61,901 nucleotides of DNA, taken from a virus. Its lineage: Duplodnaviria > Caudoviricetes. The notes under the pieces were generated by a model. It searched no databases and was not told where the DNA came from. It was given only the letters and a program-made list of their open reading frames with translations. This document shows, piece by piece, positions 18,024 through 27,394 of the stretch (positions are counted from its first letter, which is position 1; each line of letters begins with the position of its first letter). The translations under genes and the position numbers were made by a program. Where the stretch lies: positions 1 to 61,901 of the IMG/VR virus record IMGVR_UViG_3300046171_000186; one strand, written 5' to 3'.

Positions 18024-18437
18024 ATGTCAGAGTTTAACGAAGCAAAAAAACAATTATTGCAGGAAACAAAGGACAAACGCTTGGCCTTGCTCCAAAGTCT
18101 GGATTTTTTGTGGTTGTCGAGCGAATTGCATAAGCAATACACTAAAGCTGACGAGGCTGATGACGTGCGCTCTGCAACAAGTGTGCTAAGTGTCCTCGCA
18201 GACAAACTGAAATTATTTGAAAGAGCGGAAGCTTCAAGACTACAATTAAAGGCTGAAAAGTGGTCCGCTAATGATTTGCTTACTGTTCAATTTGACCTTT
18301 TAAAGAATGCAGTCGAAACAGGCAATTTGCCACTGGCTACGAGGATCTTGGAAACGATGAAAAAGACCCAATCAAAGGACACCGATTTGGTAAATTACGA
18401 AGCACAATTAGCCCAACTACTCGATGATCATAAATGA
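18024..18437 (+). CDS. Helical hypothetical protein, possible terminase small subunit
   Basis: Position upstream of TerL and a helical, coiled-coil pattern; the function is positional inference only. Confidence 0.45.
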   Translation: MSEFNEAKKQLLQETKDKRLALLQSLDFLWLSSELHKQYTKADEADDVRSATSVLSVLADKLKLFERAEASRLQLKAEKWSANDLLTVQFDLLKNAVETGNLPLATRILETMKKTQSKDTDLVNYEAQLAQLLDDHK

Positions 18438-18617
18438 AGTCATATGATATCAATAACTTACACTTAGTGTCCTTTTGACAACAGATCAGCAGGACAGGTG
18501 TTCACTGGGCTGGACGGTTGTTGATTGGTGTCAAAAGGACAGCCTCTGAAGATAGGAAGAGACCTTCCAAACATCATCAGACCATCAAAAAAACTGACCA
18601 AAAACATTCCAAATTCT

Positions 18618-18664
18618 GAGAGGGGGGGGAGAGGGGCCACGACCCCTCCCCCTCTTTATTTTTT
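18618..18664 (+). terminator. G-run/C-run hairpin with T tail (terminator, or packaging-associated site)
   Basis: GAGGGGGGGGAGAGGGG CCACGA CCCCTCCCCCTC TTTATTTTTT. Confidence 0.5.
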
Positions 18665-18712
18665 GGGACTCCAGCCATTTCCACACCGACCTAAAAAACT
18701 TTTCGGAGGTTT

Positions 18713-18970
18713 ATGAAATCTGTACCCCAAAGACGAAATAAGTTAGCAGGGAAAGGTAAGCAGTCTGCTTCAGAGCACAAGAAACAGTACGATTCAGAGT
18801 ACCATTCAACGCCTGAACGAAAGAAATATCGAGCAGAACTGAATAAAGCGAATCGAACAAACCCCCGTCCAAAAGGGTACGATAAGTCCCATACAAAAAG
18901 CGGCAAGCTGGTTAACGAAAAAGCCAGTAAAAACCGTGCTCGAAACCAACCCGGTCGATCCAAGAAATGA
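18713..18970 (+). CDS. Basic degenerate HNH-like protein
   Basis: RBS GGAGG; YRAELNKANR..GYDKSH..G.LV.E.AS.NRARN. Confidence 0.6.
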   Translation: MKSVPQRRNKLAGKGKQSASEHKKQYDSEYHSTPERKKYRAELNKANRTNPRPKGYDKSHTKSGKLVNEKASKNRARNQPGRSKK

Positions 18971-19587
18971 GAGAACTCAACACGGTAGAACTTATTGATT
19001 TTGTAGGGGGTGACCATGCTCACGCCCGTGCAGCTTGGGCTAGTACGAATCAAGAGATAAGCGAGGAGACTTCGCACCGTATACCCGGATTACTTCGTTA
19101 TCTCGCATTGAACCACCACGGTACCCCCTTTGAACACTCTATGTTTTCCTTCCGGGTGCAGTCTGACCTTGCTACTCACATCCACCTACTAAAACACCGC
19201 ACTCTTTCTATCAATTCTGAATCTGCTCGATATAAGGAATTAAAAAGGGATTCGTATTACATCCCCGATGACTGGCCCGAAAGCCTTCAAGAATCTGCTT
19301 CTAATCTTGTTCAGGCAGCACAACGATCCTACCACTTATTTATAAAAGACCTAGAAGCTGCCGGGCTTTCTCGTGCCCGGGCCAAAGAGTCTGCTAGGTT
19401 TCTCCTCCCCTACGCCAACCAACTACGCTATGTAGTTACCTTCAACTTTCGCAACTTTGTTCATTTCTACCAACTTCGTGCAAGCGACCATGCACAAATC
19501 GAAGTGCGACAGGTTGCCCACCAAATGCGCCAACTGATTAAAAACACCGGACAATTTAACGAATCATTACTGGCATTTAGCCTCTAA
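18967..19587 (+). CDS. thyX: FAD-dependent thymidylate synthase
   Basis: HGTPFEH, HLLKHR..SINSESARY, KESARFLLP, NFRNF.HF..LR...HAQ.EVR. Confidence 0.93.
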   Translation: MRELNTVELIDFVGGDHAHARAAWASTNQEISEETSHRIPGLLRYLALNHHGTPFEHSMFSFRVQSDLATHIHLLKHRTLSINSESARYKELKRDSYYIPDDWPESLQESASNLVQAAQRSYHLFIKDLEAAGLSRARAKESARFLLPYANQLRYVVTFNFRNFVHFYQLRASDHAQIEVRQVAHQMRQLIKNTGQFNESLLAFSL

Positions 19588-19591
19588 TCGG

Positions 19592-19620
19592 TTTGCTACT
19601 TAATTGTTTTATGGTATAAT
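19592..19620 (+). promoter_or_regulatory. Sigma70-like promoter
   Basis: TTGCTA-N17-TATAAT with extended -10 TG. Confidence 0.6.
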
Positions 19621-19638
19621 CAGGCTCATAATAAAAAG

Positions 19639-20040
19639 ATGACAAAGCCGATTCAGCCAGAAATTCTTGAATTTGAGGTTCTAGACTACGTTCAGAATTA
19701 CCTTGGTGGACGAAGAGAAGTCTACTTAAAATCAGGAATTGCAGATCTGGTCGTCGGCAACAGCATAATCGAAGCTAAGAAGTATGAGAATTGGAAGGCA
19801 CTACTAGGACAGCTACTGTCGCATAAGTTTTGCTACCCCAACCAGAACTTAATTGCTATTGCTTATTGCCATCATCGCTTCTTTCCACCCTACAATCTTG
19901 AATACGTCCGTAGCATGTTTATGCATCACGGGATCAAGTTCTGGGTAGCTGCAGACCGTGCCATCAAAAGACGCATTTCAAGAAGTACTAAGAAAGCTTA
20001 CCGACGACCCTCTTTGGCATTTCGAGAAATTCCGAATTGA
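19639..20040 (+). CDS. Small PD-(D/E)XK-like nuclease
   Basis: REV....G.ADLV....IIEAKK...WKALLGQL. Confidence 0.7.
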   Translation: MTKPIQPEILEFEVLDYVQNYLGGRREVYLKSGIADLVVGNSIIEAKKYENWKALLGQLLSHKFCYPNQNLIAIAYCHHRFFPPYNLEYVRSMFMHHGIKFWVAADRAIKRRISRSTKKAYRRPSLAFREIPN

Positions 20041-21712
20041 ACGTTTCGGAACCGGAGACCTGATTCCTTTTACGTTGAATACCGTTCAACGAATTCTGCA
20101 CTACCGATGTGAAAAGCAGAAGAAAGAGACCGGGTTTGTTCGGCAAGTAATCCTCAAGCCAAGACGTAGCGGACTCTCAACGTACTGCCTAGCAAGATTC
20201 TTCCGGGCAGCATTGATTGGACAGAACATGAGGGTAGCCATCGTAGCCCATGATGAGCCTACGACGATTACCCTGTTTAACATGGTTCGTTTGATGCTGA
20301 AGCACTACCCGGCACCACTCAGGCCGAAGGAAGGCTACTCCGGAAAACGAGAACTTTCTTTCAGTGACTTGAACGTCAGGTTTCGTCTAGGTACTGCTGG
20401 GGGCACCGACATCGTTGGGGACCAGATCAAGCTTTTGCACTGCTCCGAGGTATCCCGTTGGGGGGAGAACGCTTTCGATTATTCCGGAGCACTACTCCGC
20501 AACGTAGCCATTGCCGAGGGTACGGAAGTTCTCATTGAGTCCACCGCACGAGGCATGGGTGGCTACTTCTACGAGTCTTACTGGTCCGCACAAACTGGGG
20601 AAAATAAAGGTGGATGGGAAGCCACATTTTTCCCTTGGTATGTTTTTGATGACTACAAGCTGCCCTTTGAGTCAGATGCAGAGAAGGAAGCCTTTAAAGA
20701 GACCGTAGGCACAGAGCCACGGTACGGAGGAGAAGAGGAAGAACGCTTACTGACAGAAACCGTTCAGTACGATCTTGGGGATGCTGGTCTTGAGACTTTC
20801 GGGGTGTCATTAGAACACCTGAAGTGGAGACGACTTTCCATCGACGTAAACTGTCAAGGATCTCTTGATCAGTTCCATCAGGACTATCCCAGTTCAGATC
20901 GAGAAGCCTTCCTAGCTTCTGGGCGGATGGTTTTTGACCGGGAGATCCTTGAAAGAATTCGGCAACGTTTAAACACTCAAAAGTCTGCAGTGAAGATGAC
21001 GTTGCCTACGAATCGCTACTCTCCGGGTACCAACATTCCGAAGTATACGTTGGACCCCCACCCTACCGGGGAACTGGAGATTTACATCGATCCGATTGAA
21101 GGACGAGAATACCGGATTGGATGTGACGTAGCAGAAGGCATTGAGGTTAACGACCGTGACACCGATTGGTCTGTTGCCTGTGTGTTTGACGGTCTAACTT
21201 TCGAGCAAGTAGCACAACTTAGGACAAAGACAGATCCTGATCAGTTGGCATGGAAACTAGTCACACTGGCCCAGTATTACAACGAAGCCATGTTGGTCGT
21301 TGAACGGAACAACCACGGATTGGTTACTTTGCGCTCTCTGTTGGACAAGCATCACTACACGAACTTGTACAACGAGATGAGGCTGGATGAAAGAGGGCAG
21401 AAGCGCACAAAGAGGGTTGGGTTTTTAACTACAATAAAGACACGACCCCAGTTAGTTGACACGATCCGAGAATTACTTCGAGAAGAAGAAATTACGCTGA
21501 AAAGCCGAGTACTCGTAGATGAACTTATGACGTTTGTGACCCTTCCAAACGGCAAAGAAGCGGCAAACACAGGTGCTCATGACGATTGTGTATTTGCGCT
21601 AGGGTTAGCTTGTTGGGGAATGACACGACATCCAGCTACCGGACGAAGAGGTCCACTACTACCAGAGTACTCTTCAAGAAAGAACGAATATCGGCACTAT
21701 GTCCATGTCTAA
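19958..21712 (+). CDS. terL: Terminase large subunit
   Basis: LKPRRSGLST (Walker A), LLHCSE (Walker B), ESTARG, GCDVAEG, VERNNHG, HDDCVFALG. Confidence 0.93.
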   Translation: MPSKDAFQEVLRKLTDDPLWHFEKFRIERFGTGDLIPFTLNTVQRILHYRCEKQKKETGFVRQVILKPRRSGLSTYCLARFFRAALIGQNMRVAIVAHDEPTTITLFNMVRLMLKHYPAPLRPKEGYSGKRELSFSDLNVRFRLGTAGGTDIVGDQIKLLHCSEVSRWGENAFDYSGALLRNVAIAEGTEVLIESTARGMGGYFYESYWSAQTGENKGGWEATFFPWYVFDDYKLPFESDAEKEAFKETVGTEPRYGGEEEERLLTETVQYDLGDAGLETFGVSLEHLKWRRLSIDVNCQGSLDQFHQDYPSSDREAFLASGRMVFDREILERIRQRLNTQKSAVKMTLPTNRYSPGTNIPKYTLDPHPTGELEIYIDPIEGREYRIGCDVAEGIEVNDRDTDWSVACVFDGLTFEQVAQLRTKTDPDQLAWKLVTLAQYYNEAMLVVERNNHGLVTLRSLLDKHHYTNLYNEMRLDERGQKRTKRVGFLTTIKTRPQLVDTIRELLREEEITLKSRVLVDELMTFVTLPNGKEAANTGAHDDCVFALGLACWGMTRHPATGRRGPLLPEYSSRKNEYRHYVHV

Positions 21713-21852
21713 CGTACAACTCTTACTAGCCGAGTGGCGAGAACTGATTCAGGAGAAGCAAGAAGAGACCTTTTCTTCTTTTGAGTTAATCGAAATAAAT
21801 GAAAGAGTCGCAGAAGTTTTATTAGATACTCTAAACGAACTGGAGACAGATC

Positions 21853-24174
21853 TTGATTGACGTAACTCCAATTACGGATACGGAGGTTTCCCCTCCCCCA
21901 CCGGACGATCCGGATTATAGCGAAGATCAGCTAGCGACCCTGATTCGTAATAAGTTTGAAGAGTCTCGAGACTATCGACGCAATATAGAAGATGAACGAT
22001 GGCTACCCGGGGAAGATGCTTACAATGGCATCTATGTAGAAGAACTCCGTAAAGAGTCGGGCAGGAATGCACCCTACATGAACTTGACTAGAAGGGAGGT
22101 GACCTCGGCTCATATCAAGATCAACGGGATGTTATTCCAGAATAACAAGATCCCGTTTTCGGTGGTTCCTGCCCGTACTCCTAAGTTTATTCCTGCAGAC
22201 ATCCACCAGATGGCTGAAGGGATGCCAATGATGTCGGATAAGGAGAAGACTGAATATATCAAGGAACTCAGCAACCATCTTCCTATTCACCAAATCCTTC
22301 GGGATCGTGCCCAGAACATGGAAGACAGGATTCGAGATATTCTTGATCAAACTGATTTTACGACAGAAATCGGCAGAGCCATCCACGAGATGATCCTGCA
22401 TGGCACTGGGGTTTTGAAGTCCCCGGTGCTGATTCGCAGGAACTACCCTGTGTATTCAGGCAAGTTCTCTGGAAGACTTGAGAGTATCGAGAGTGCCGTA
22501 GAGGCAGAACTCTTACCGACAGCTAAGTTTGTTTCTATTTTTAACCTCTATCCGTCTCCTGAAGCAGATAACGAGCAGGATCTCAGTTACATCGTAGAAC
22601 GTACACAACTATCATCCGTTCAAGCCAGACAAAAACTGACAGAAGAATATGGCTATGACCCGGAAGCTGTAGCCGATGTACTGGAGAACAAGTACACGAT
22701 AGGTGGCTACGAACTTTCTCGACCAATCAACCCCCATCAAGAGTCTTATCAGGAAGCTGAAAAAGAGTACGAACTCTTGGAGTTTTGGGGAACCCTTGAC
22801 CGGGATGACTTAGAAGGTTACATCGATGAAGATGCTCTCGGTATTCTCGAGGTGGCACCAGTTTGTGTGACTGTTCTTGGGAATCGTGTAATTAAAGCCT
22901 CTATCAATCCGTATGACGGGCAGATTCCTTACCATTTCTGTTACTGGCACGATAACACCCATTCTATTTGGGGTGACGGTATCTATTGGTCGATTCGAGA
23001 TATCCAGAGCCTAATCAATTTTGCGATGAGCATGTACGTCGAAGGCAAGGAGATGTCTTCGGTCCCAATGGTTGGTATGGATTCTAGCCAGTTGGCAGCA
23101 AACGAAGATCCGACAGATCTCTACCCCGGTAAAGTCTGGCAATTCGCACCGGGTGCCGATGTCTCTGGCGCATTTCGCCCGGTATTGATTCCAGACGTGA
23201 CCAACGGACTGATGGAGTTGATGCAATTCTTACAACGGGAAGCCAACTTGTCTTCTGGTCAGTCTCCGATTGGCATGGGACAGACAGCACCCTACCAGAC
23301 CCGTACTGCCACCGGGATGTCCATATTGGATCGGAATCAGGCCCGTAGCACTGCTTCCGTAGTACAATCGATTTCGCAGATGATGCGAAACACGTTGAAC
23401 GGAATCTATCGATGGATCTTGGTAGACACTGACGATCCGGAACTCCACTGTGATGCAGACGCACTCTGCACAGGCTACGAACGCTACATCGCTGAAGAAG
23501 TTCACAATCAACAACTCCTTCAGTTCATGCAGGTTCTCCAGCAGTTACCGGGCCTAGCGGAAGAGATTAGGATTGAACGTCTAGCAAAGCCGATCTTAAA
23601 CGCATTTAATCTGGAACCAGACGAACTACTGAAGACTCCAGAAGAGAAGCAGCAAGCCCAACAGCAAAAACAACAGGCGCTGCAGATGCAGATGCAGATG
23701 GAGGCTCAAAAGAAATTGCAAGAAGGACAGATAGACGAACAGTTAAAGCGTTTGGATTCTGCTCTCGAAGAGCGACATAGCATTGGGAAACAAAGACGGG
23801 ACCTAGAGATACAACGAATTCTCAAGATGATGGACATGGGCCAGATGATCCAACCGTCTGACTTCTCCGACCTTTCAATTATGTTGAAGGAAGAACAGCA
23901 GAGAATGGCCCAACAAAGATACCAGCAGGAAGTTCAAGCCCAACAACAGCAAGCTGCACAGGAGCAACAACTCCAGCAGGTACTAGGAGAGATGCAACGT
24001 GAACAGATGGCAGCAAACCAAGGGGCAAACGTACCCCCTAACCAACGACGAACTGCAGGTCCTCCGGGGGCAGAAGCTATGGCTACACCTCGAGGAGATG
24101 TTGCAGACCCGAATAACGGAGGAAGTGGAACGACTCAAGTTACTGGTGACCCCGGAGGGTCTAGCCCAGCATAA
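21853..24174 (+). CDS. Portal protein
   Basis: Follows TerL; HGTGVLK, ELLEFWG, IWGDGI, RTATGMSIL, Q-rich C-terminal barrel. Confidence 0.88.
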   Translation: MIDVTPITDTEVSPPPPDDPDYSEDQLATLIRNKFEESRDYRRNIEDERWLPGEDAYNGIYVEELRKESGRNAPYMNLTRREVTSAHIKINGMLFQNNKIPFSVVPARTPKFIPADIHQMAEGMPMMSDKEKTEYIKELSNHLPIHQILRDRAQNMEDRIRDILDQTDFTTEIGRAIHEMILHGTGVLKSPVLIRRNYPVYSGKFSGRLESIESAVEAELLPTAKFVSIFNLYPSPEADNEQDLSYIVERTQLSSVQARQKLTEEYGYDPEAVADVLENKYTIGGYELSRPINPHQESYQEAEKEYELLEFWGTLDRDDLEGYIDEDALGILEVAPVCVTVLGNRVIKASINPYDGQIPYHFCYWHDNTHSIWGDGIYWSIRDIQSLINFAMSMYVEGKEMSSVPMVGMDSSQLAANEDPTDLYPGKVWQFAPGADVSGAFRPVLIPDVTNGLMELMQFLQREANLSSGQSPIGMGQTAPYQTRTATGMSILDRNQARSTASVVQSISQMMRNTLNGIYRWILVDTDDPELHCDADALCTGYERYIAEEVHNQQLLQFMQVLQQLPGLAEEIRIERLAKPILNAFNLEPDELLKTPEEKQQAQQQKQQALQMQMQMEAQKKLQEGQIDEQLKRLDSALEERHSIGKQRRDLEIQRILKMMDMGQMIQPSDFSDLSIMLKEEQQRMAQQRYQQEVQAQQQQAAQEQQLQQVLGEMQREQMAANQGANVPPNQRRTAGPPGAEAMATPRGDVADPNNGGSGTTQVTGDPGGSSPA

Positions 24175-24298
24175 CTCAAGGGTTGGGAAGATACAGGCAT
24201 TTCAAGAGATTTTAAACTATCCCGACTACGTCCAAAACCTTTCTCGAGATACGAATGACCAATCCAGAAAAATTGGAAGAAGTTCCATCGACCGATGA
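23999..24298 (+). CDS. Small head-associated protein overlapping the portal C-terminus
   Basis: AGGAGA RBS 8 nt before GTG; W.HLEE...RI.EE....G.IQAF.EIL..P pattern typical of post-portal genes. Confidence 0.6.
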   Translation: MNRWQQTKGQTYPLTNDELQVLRGQKLWLHLEEMLQTRITEEVERLKLLVTPEGLAQHNSRVGKIQAFQEILNYPDYVQNLSRDTNDQSRKIGRSSIDR

Positions 24299-25223
24299 AG
24301 AAGTAGAACAACCTTCTGCCGAACTCTCTAAGGAAGATATCTGGACTCAGATTTCTGTAGGAAAGAACACAACACAACCCGAACCGGAACCAGAGCCTGT
24401 GGCAGTCGACCCTGAACCAGAGCCGGAACCGGAACCGGAACTCAAACCAGAGCCGAAACCAGAGCCGAAACCAGAACCTAGCTTGGAGAACGACCCCAAG
24501 TTAGCCAAACGGTTTCGAGACTCACAAGAATTCATCTCCAAGTTAAAGGCTGAAAACAAGGAGATGAGCGAATCATTATCTCGGTTACAGCAAGAGATCG
24601 AAGACCTCAAGAAAAACCGGGAGACCCAACCGAAGCAGAACGTACCAACTGACCCGGTGCCCAATCTGCAGGAGTTGTTAGAAGATTTGCCGCAAGACGT
24701 TCGAGACGAACTCGAGGCATTTCCTGAACTATTTCGAGGAATGACCACCCTGTTGGACAAGCGTATCAAGCAGATGCAACAGCAGGTAGACCCGGAGATT
24801 CAGGAGTTCAGAAAAGAGAGGGAACGACGACAGGTGCAGGACTCTTTGTCCAAAAGGCACCAACTGGCGAACCAACAACTTGGGATTTTAAACGCTCGAG
24901 ATATCGATTTTGATTCTCCGACTTTTGCCCAATGGGTGTTGGGGAGTGACTATCGTAAATCGGTGGTTACGAACTTTGCCAGTCCAGATGCTTTTGTAGA
25001 CCTGATGCGATCCTTTCTTTTTGAATATCCAGACGAAGCAAAACGTCAAGAACCTACGCAACCCGTAGCCTCTTCTCCAGAACCAGATCCTCAGAAAATA
25101 GAAAGACGGAAAGCTGCCAGTAGTGTTGTCTCACGAAAATCGGCACCCGAACGACCAAAGGCTGGAATTACTTCTTTAGACGATAAAAGTAAGTTCTGGT
25201 CACAACTAATGAATACAGGATAA
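24255..25223 (+). CDS. Scaffolding protein
   Basis: Acidic, with PE/PK repeats and a coiled coil (KRFRDSQEFISKL); directly before the MCP. Confidence 0.8.
   Translation: MTNPEKLEEVPSTDEEVEQPSAELSKEDIWTQISVGKNTTQPEPEPEPVAVDPEPEPEPEPELKPEPKPEPKPEPSLENDPKLAKRFRDSQEFISKLKAENKEMSESLSRLQQEIEDLKKNRETQPKQNVPTDPVPNLQELLEDLPQDVRDELEAFPELFRGMTTLLDKRIKQMQQQVDPEIQEFRKERERRQVQDSLSKRHQLANQQLGILNARDIDFDSPTFAQWVLGSDYRKSVVTNFASPDAFVDLMRSFLFEYPDEAKRQEPTQPVASSPEPDPQKIERRKAASSVVSRKSAPERPKAGITSLDDKSKFWSQLMNTG
24378..24480 (+). repeat. (PE/PK)n coding low-complexity repeat
   Basis: CCGGAA/CCAGAG/CCGAAA hexamer runs. Confidence 0.8.
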
Positions 25224-25236
25224 CTAGGAGATTAAA

Positions 25237-26331
25237 ATGGCTATTACAACTACCGCATTCGCAACGACTAGCGGTAATCTTTACGGAGACCTGAGTACGG
25301 AAGACGCACTCACTATTCAGTCAAAGATGCTGCCCGTTGCGAAAAAGAACTTAACCTTTGCACGGTTTGCTCAAAAAGATACCAAAGGTCGTAATGATGG
25401 CAACGTCATGCGACATAGACGGTATAAGAAATTTCCTCTGAATGATACCCCGTTGGGTGAGGGTGTGACTCCCGATTTTGACCAGCTAGAAAGCGAAGTC
25501 ATCAGCACAACCATCCGCCAGTACGGTAGATATGTGCCTGTGACCGACCTGATGGAACTCCTTGGTCAAGACCCATATGTCTCCATTATTACGGAGAGAC
25601 AAGCGCAGCAAGCTGCAGAAGTAATCGACCTACTCTGCTACAAGACTTTCCGTAATCCTGCGAATACGATCTATGCTGGTGGAGCAGCAATTACCTCTCG
25701 TGCCGCAGTCAATAATGTAGTGTCTACTGCCGATCTGGATCGTGCAATCCGACACTTAGAGGGTCTGGACGCAGAGAAGCTGACAGAGATGCTAGCCGCA
25801 ACTCCTGATGTTTCAACGCAACCTTTGCGACCTAGCTATGTTGCGATCTGCCACCCGATTCTGCGCTACGACCTAGAGGCTCTAACTGGTTTTGTACCTG
25901 TCGAGCAGTATGCCAACAGTTCACAAGCAATGGACTTTGAGATTGGTTCCTACAAGGGAGTACGCTTCCTCGTAACCACTCAAGCAGTTGCTTTTGATCG
26001 TGATGGTGACAACTCTCTCGGTGCTGGTGCAGCAGGGACATCGCTAGTCGAAGATGCATCCGGGTCATTCGCTGAAGTATACCCGATTGTGATTTTCGCA
26101 AAAGATGCCGTAGGCACTGCAACTATCGGAGGGATGGACAGCATCGTTCCTAAAGTTGTACGCCCGACACCTAGCGGAACCGATCCCTTGGGTCAACGTG
26201 GTACAGTAGGATACACTTTCATGCATAGCCAGTTAATTCTTAACGAAGACTGGATTATTACAATTGAATCAGGTGTGTCCGCACTAGCTTCCACTGTGAC
26301 CACAGGTACACTCTACGGTGCGAATAGCTGA
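25237..26331 (+). CDS. Major capsid protein, N4-gp56-like family
   Basis: RBS AGGAG; PLGEGVTP, QYG, EIGSYKGVRF, DPLGQRGTVG. Confidence 0.9.
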   Translation: MAITTTAFATTSGNLYGDLSTEDALTIQSKMLPVAKKNLTFARFAQKDTKGRNDGNVMRHRRYKKFPLNDTPLGEGVTPDFDQLESEVISTTIRQYGRYVPVTDLMELLGQDPYVSIITERQAQQAAEVIDLLCYKTFRNPANTIYAGGAAITSRAAVNNVVSTADLDRAIRHLEGLDAEKLTEMLAATPDVSTQPLRPSYVAICHPILRYDLEALTGFVPVEQYANSSQAMDFEIGSYKGVRFLVTTQAVAFDRDGDNSLGAGAAGTSLVEDASGSFAEVYPIVIFAKDAVGTATIGGMDSIVPKVVRPTPSGTDPLGQRGTVGYTFMHSQLILNEDWIITIESGVSALASTVTTGTLYGANS

Positions 26332-26391
26332 TAACTAATAGGTCTCGGGACTGTTAAGACCCCGAGACACTCTCATCTATAAGGAGATATT

Positions 26392-26799
26392 ATGAAAAGT
26401 GATAAAATGCAGATGAGCTATGTGCCTCAGACTTCTGAGCACATTAAGATCACATCTGTCAAAAACGGAACAGATGTCTATGACATCAAGCTTCCGATTG
26501 GGGCAATCATTGATGACATTGTTGTTGTCAAGAAAACCCTTTTCGGGGTGGTAAATGCAGATATCAATCTAGGGAACACTACCCTAGCAAATGACTACAC
26601 TGCCACAGCAATCGATGCTGGATCGGGTGGGTCTGCTGGAGTAGCTGGTGTAGATGCTGGGGATCGAATGACCCCTGTACCTGCTGACCAGATTGTACGA
26701 GTAAGCGTAACTGGAACCGCAGCAAATACTGCAGGAGTGGTATATGTCTGGGTGAACTATCGCTTCGACTCCAATCCTTACCCAACCCAGTTGGTGTAA
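26392..26799 (+). CDS. Probable capsid decoration/cement protein
   Basis: Post-MCP beta-rich protein, LPIGAII...G.V.VWVNY. Confidence 0.6.
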   Translation: MKSDKMQMSYVPQTSEHIKITSVKNGTDVYDIKLPIGAIIDDIVVVKKTLFGVVNADINLGNTTLANDYTATAIDAGSGGSAGVAGVDAGDRMTPVPADQIVRVSVTGTAANTAGVVYVWVNYRFDSNPYPTQLV

Positions 26800-26805
26800 C
26801 CTTTC

Positions 26806-26854
26806 TCGCAAGGCAATTGACTCCGGTTGGTTGTCTTGCGACTTTCTTCTTTTT
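26806..26854 (+). terminator. Intrinsic terminator after the capsid genes
   Basis: TCGCAAGGCAA...TTGTCTTGCGA followed by CTTTCTTCTTTTT. Confidence 0.7.
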
Positions 26855-26875
26855 ACCGTATAATTAGAAGTTTAA

Positions 26876-27394
26876 ATGGCTCAACAATACTACGAACCAT
26901 CTCTTTCCCAATCTTACTACAATCCCGGTATTGGACGGTTTTCTCAAGTATCTGCTCACGCTAATCTAGCGAAAGAGTGGGACGGAGATCCTGCCAGTGT
27001 CCCTGATGGATACGGTGTTATCCGTATTGAAATGGGTCGAGATGTTCACGACACGAATGAAGTAGCTTCGTCAATTAACGGATTCCGAGTAGTGATTCCG
27101 AGAGGAAGCGCAAGAGTAGTCTCTGCCATCCACATAAACCGTCTAATGAATGAGTGCTACGAGACTGAATACACTCAGACTCAATACTCTCGACCTCCCG
27201 AAGGATATCGTAGACCACGATTTCCGGTTACCTTGATCGTACCTCCTAAGAATTCTCCTGTGTTGATCGACCCCGACTCTGGGAATGCTGCCAAATCAGA
27301 AGCAAAAACGGTAAAAGCACCTCCAAAACGGAAGCACAACTACACTGTAGGAGAAGATGAGTCTCAATCTGGGTCAACTACGAACGAGAGTTGA
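26876..27394 (+). CDS. Hypothetical virion-associated protein
   Basis: SINGFRVVIPRG...V motif; position in the head operon. Confidence 0.65.
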   Translation: MAQQYYEPSLSQSYYNPGIGRFSQVSAHANLAKEWDGDPASVPDGYGVIRIEMGRDVHDTNEVASSINGFRVVIPRGSARVVSAIHINRLMNECYETEYTQTQYSRPPEGYRRPRFPVTLIVPPKNSPVLIDPDSGNAAKSEAKTVKAPPKRKHNYTVGEDESQSGSTTNES

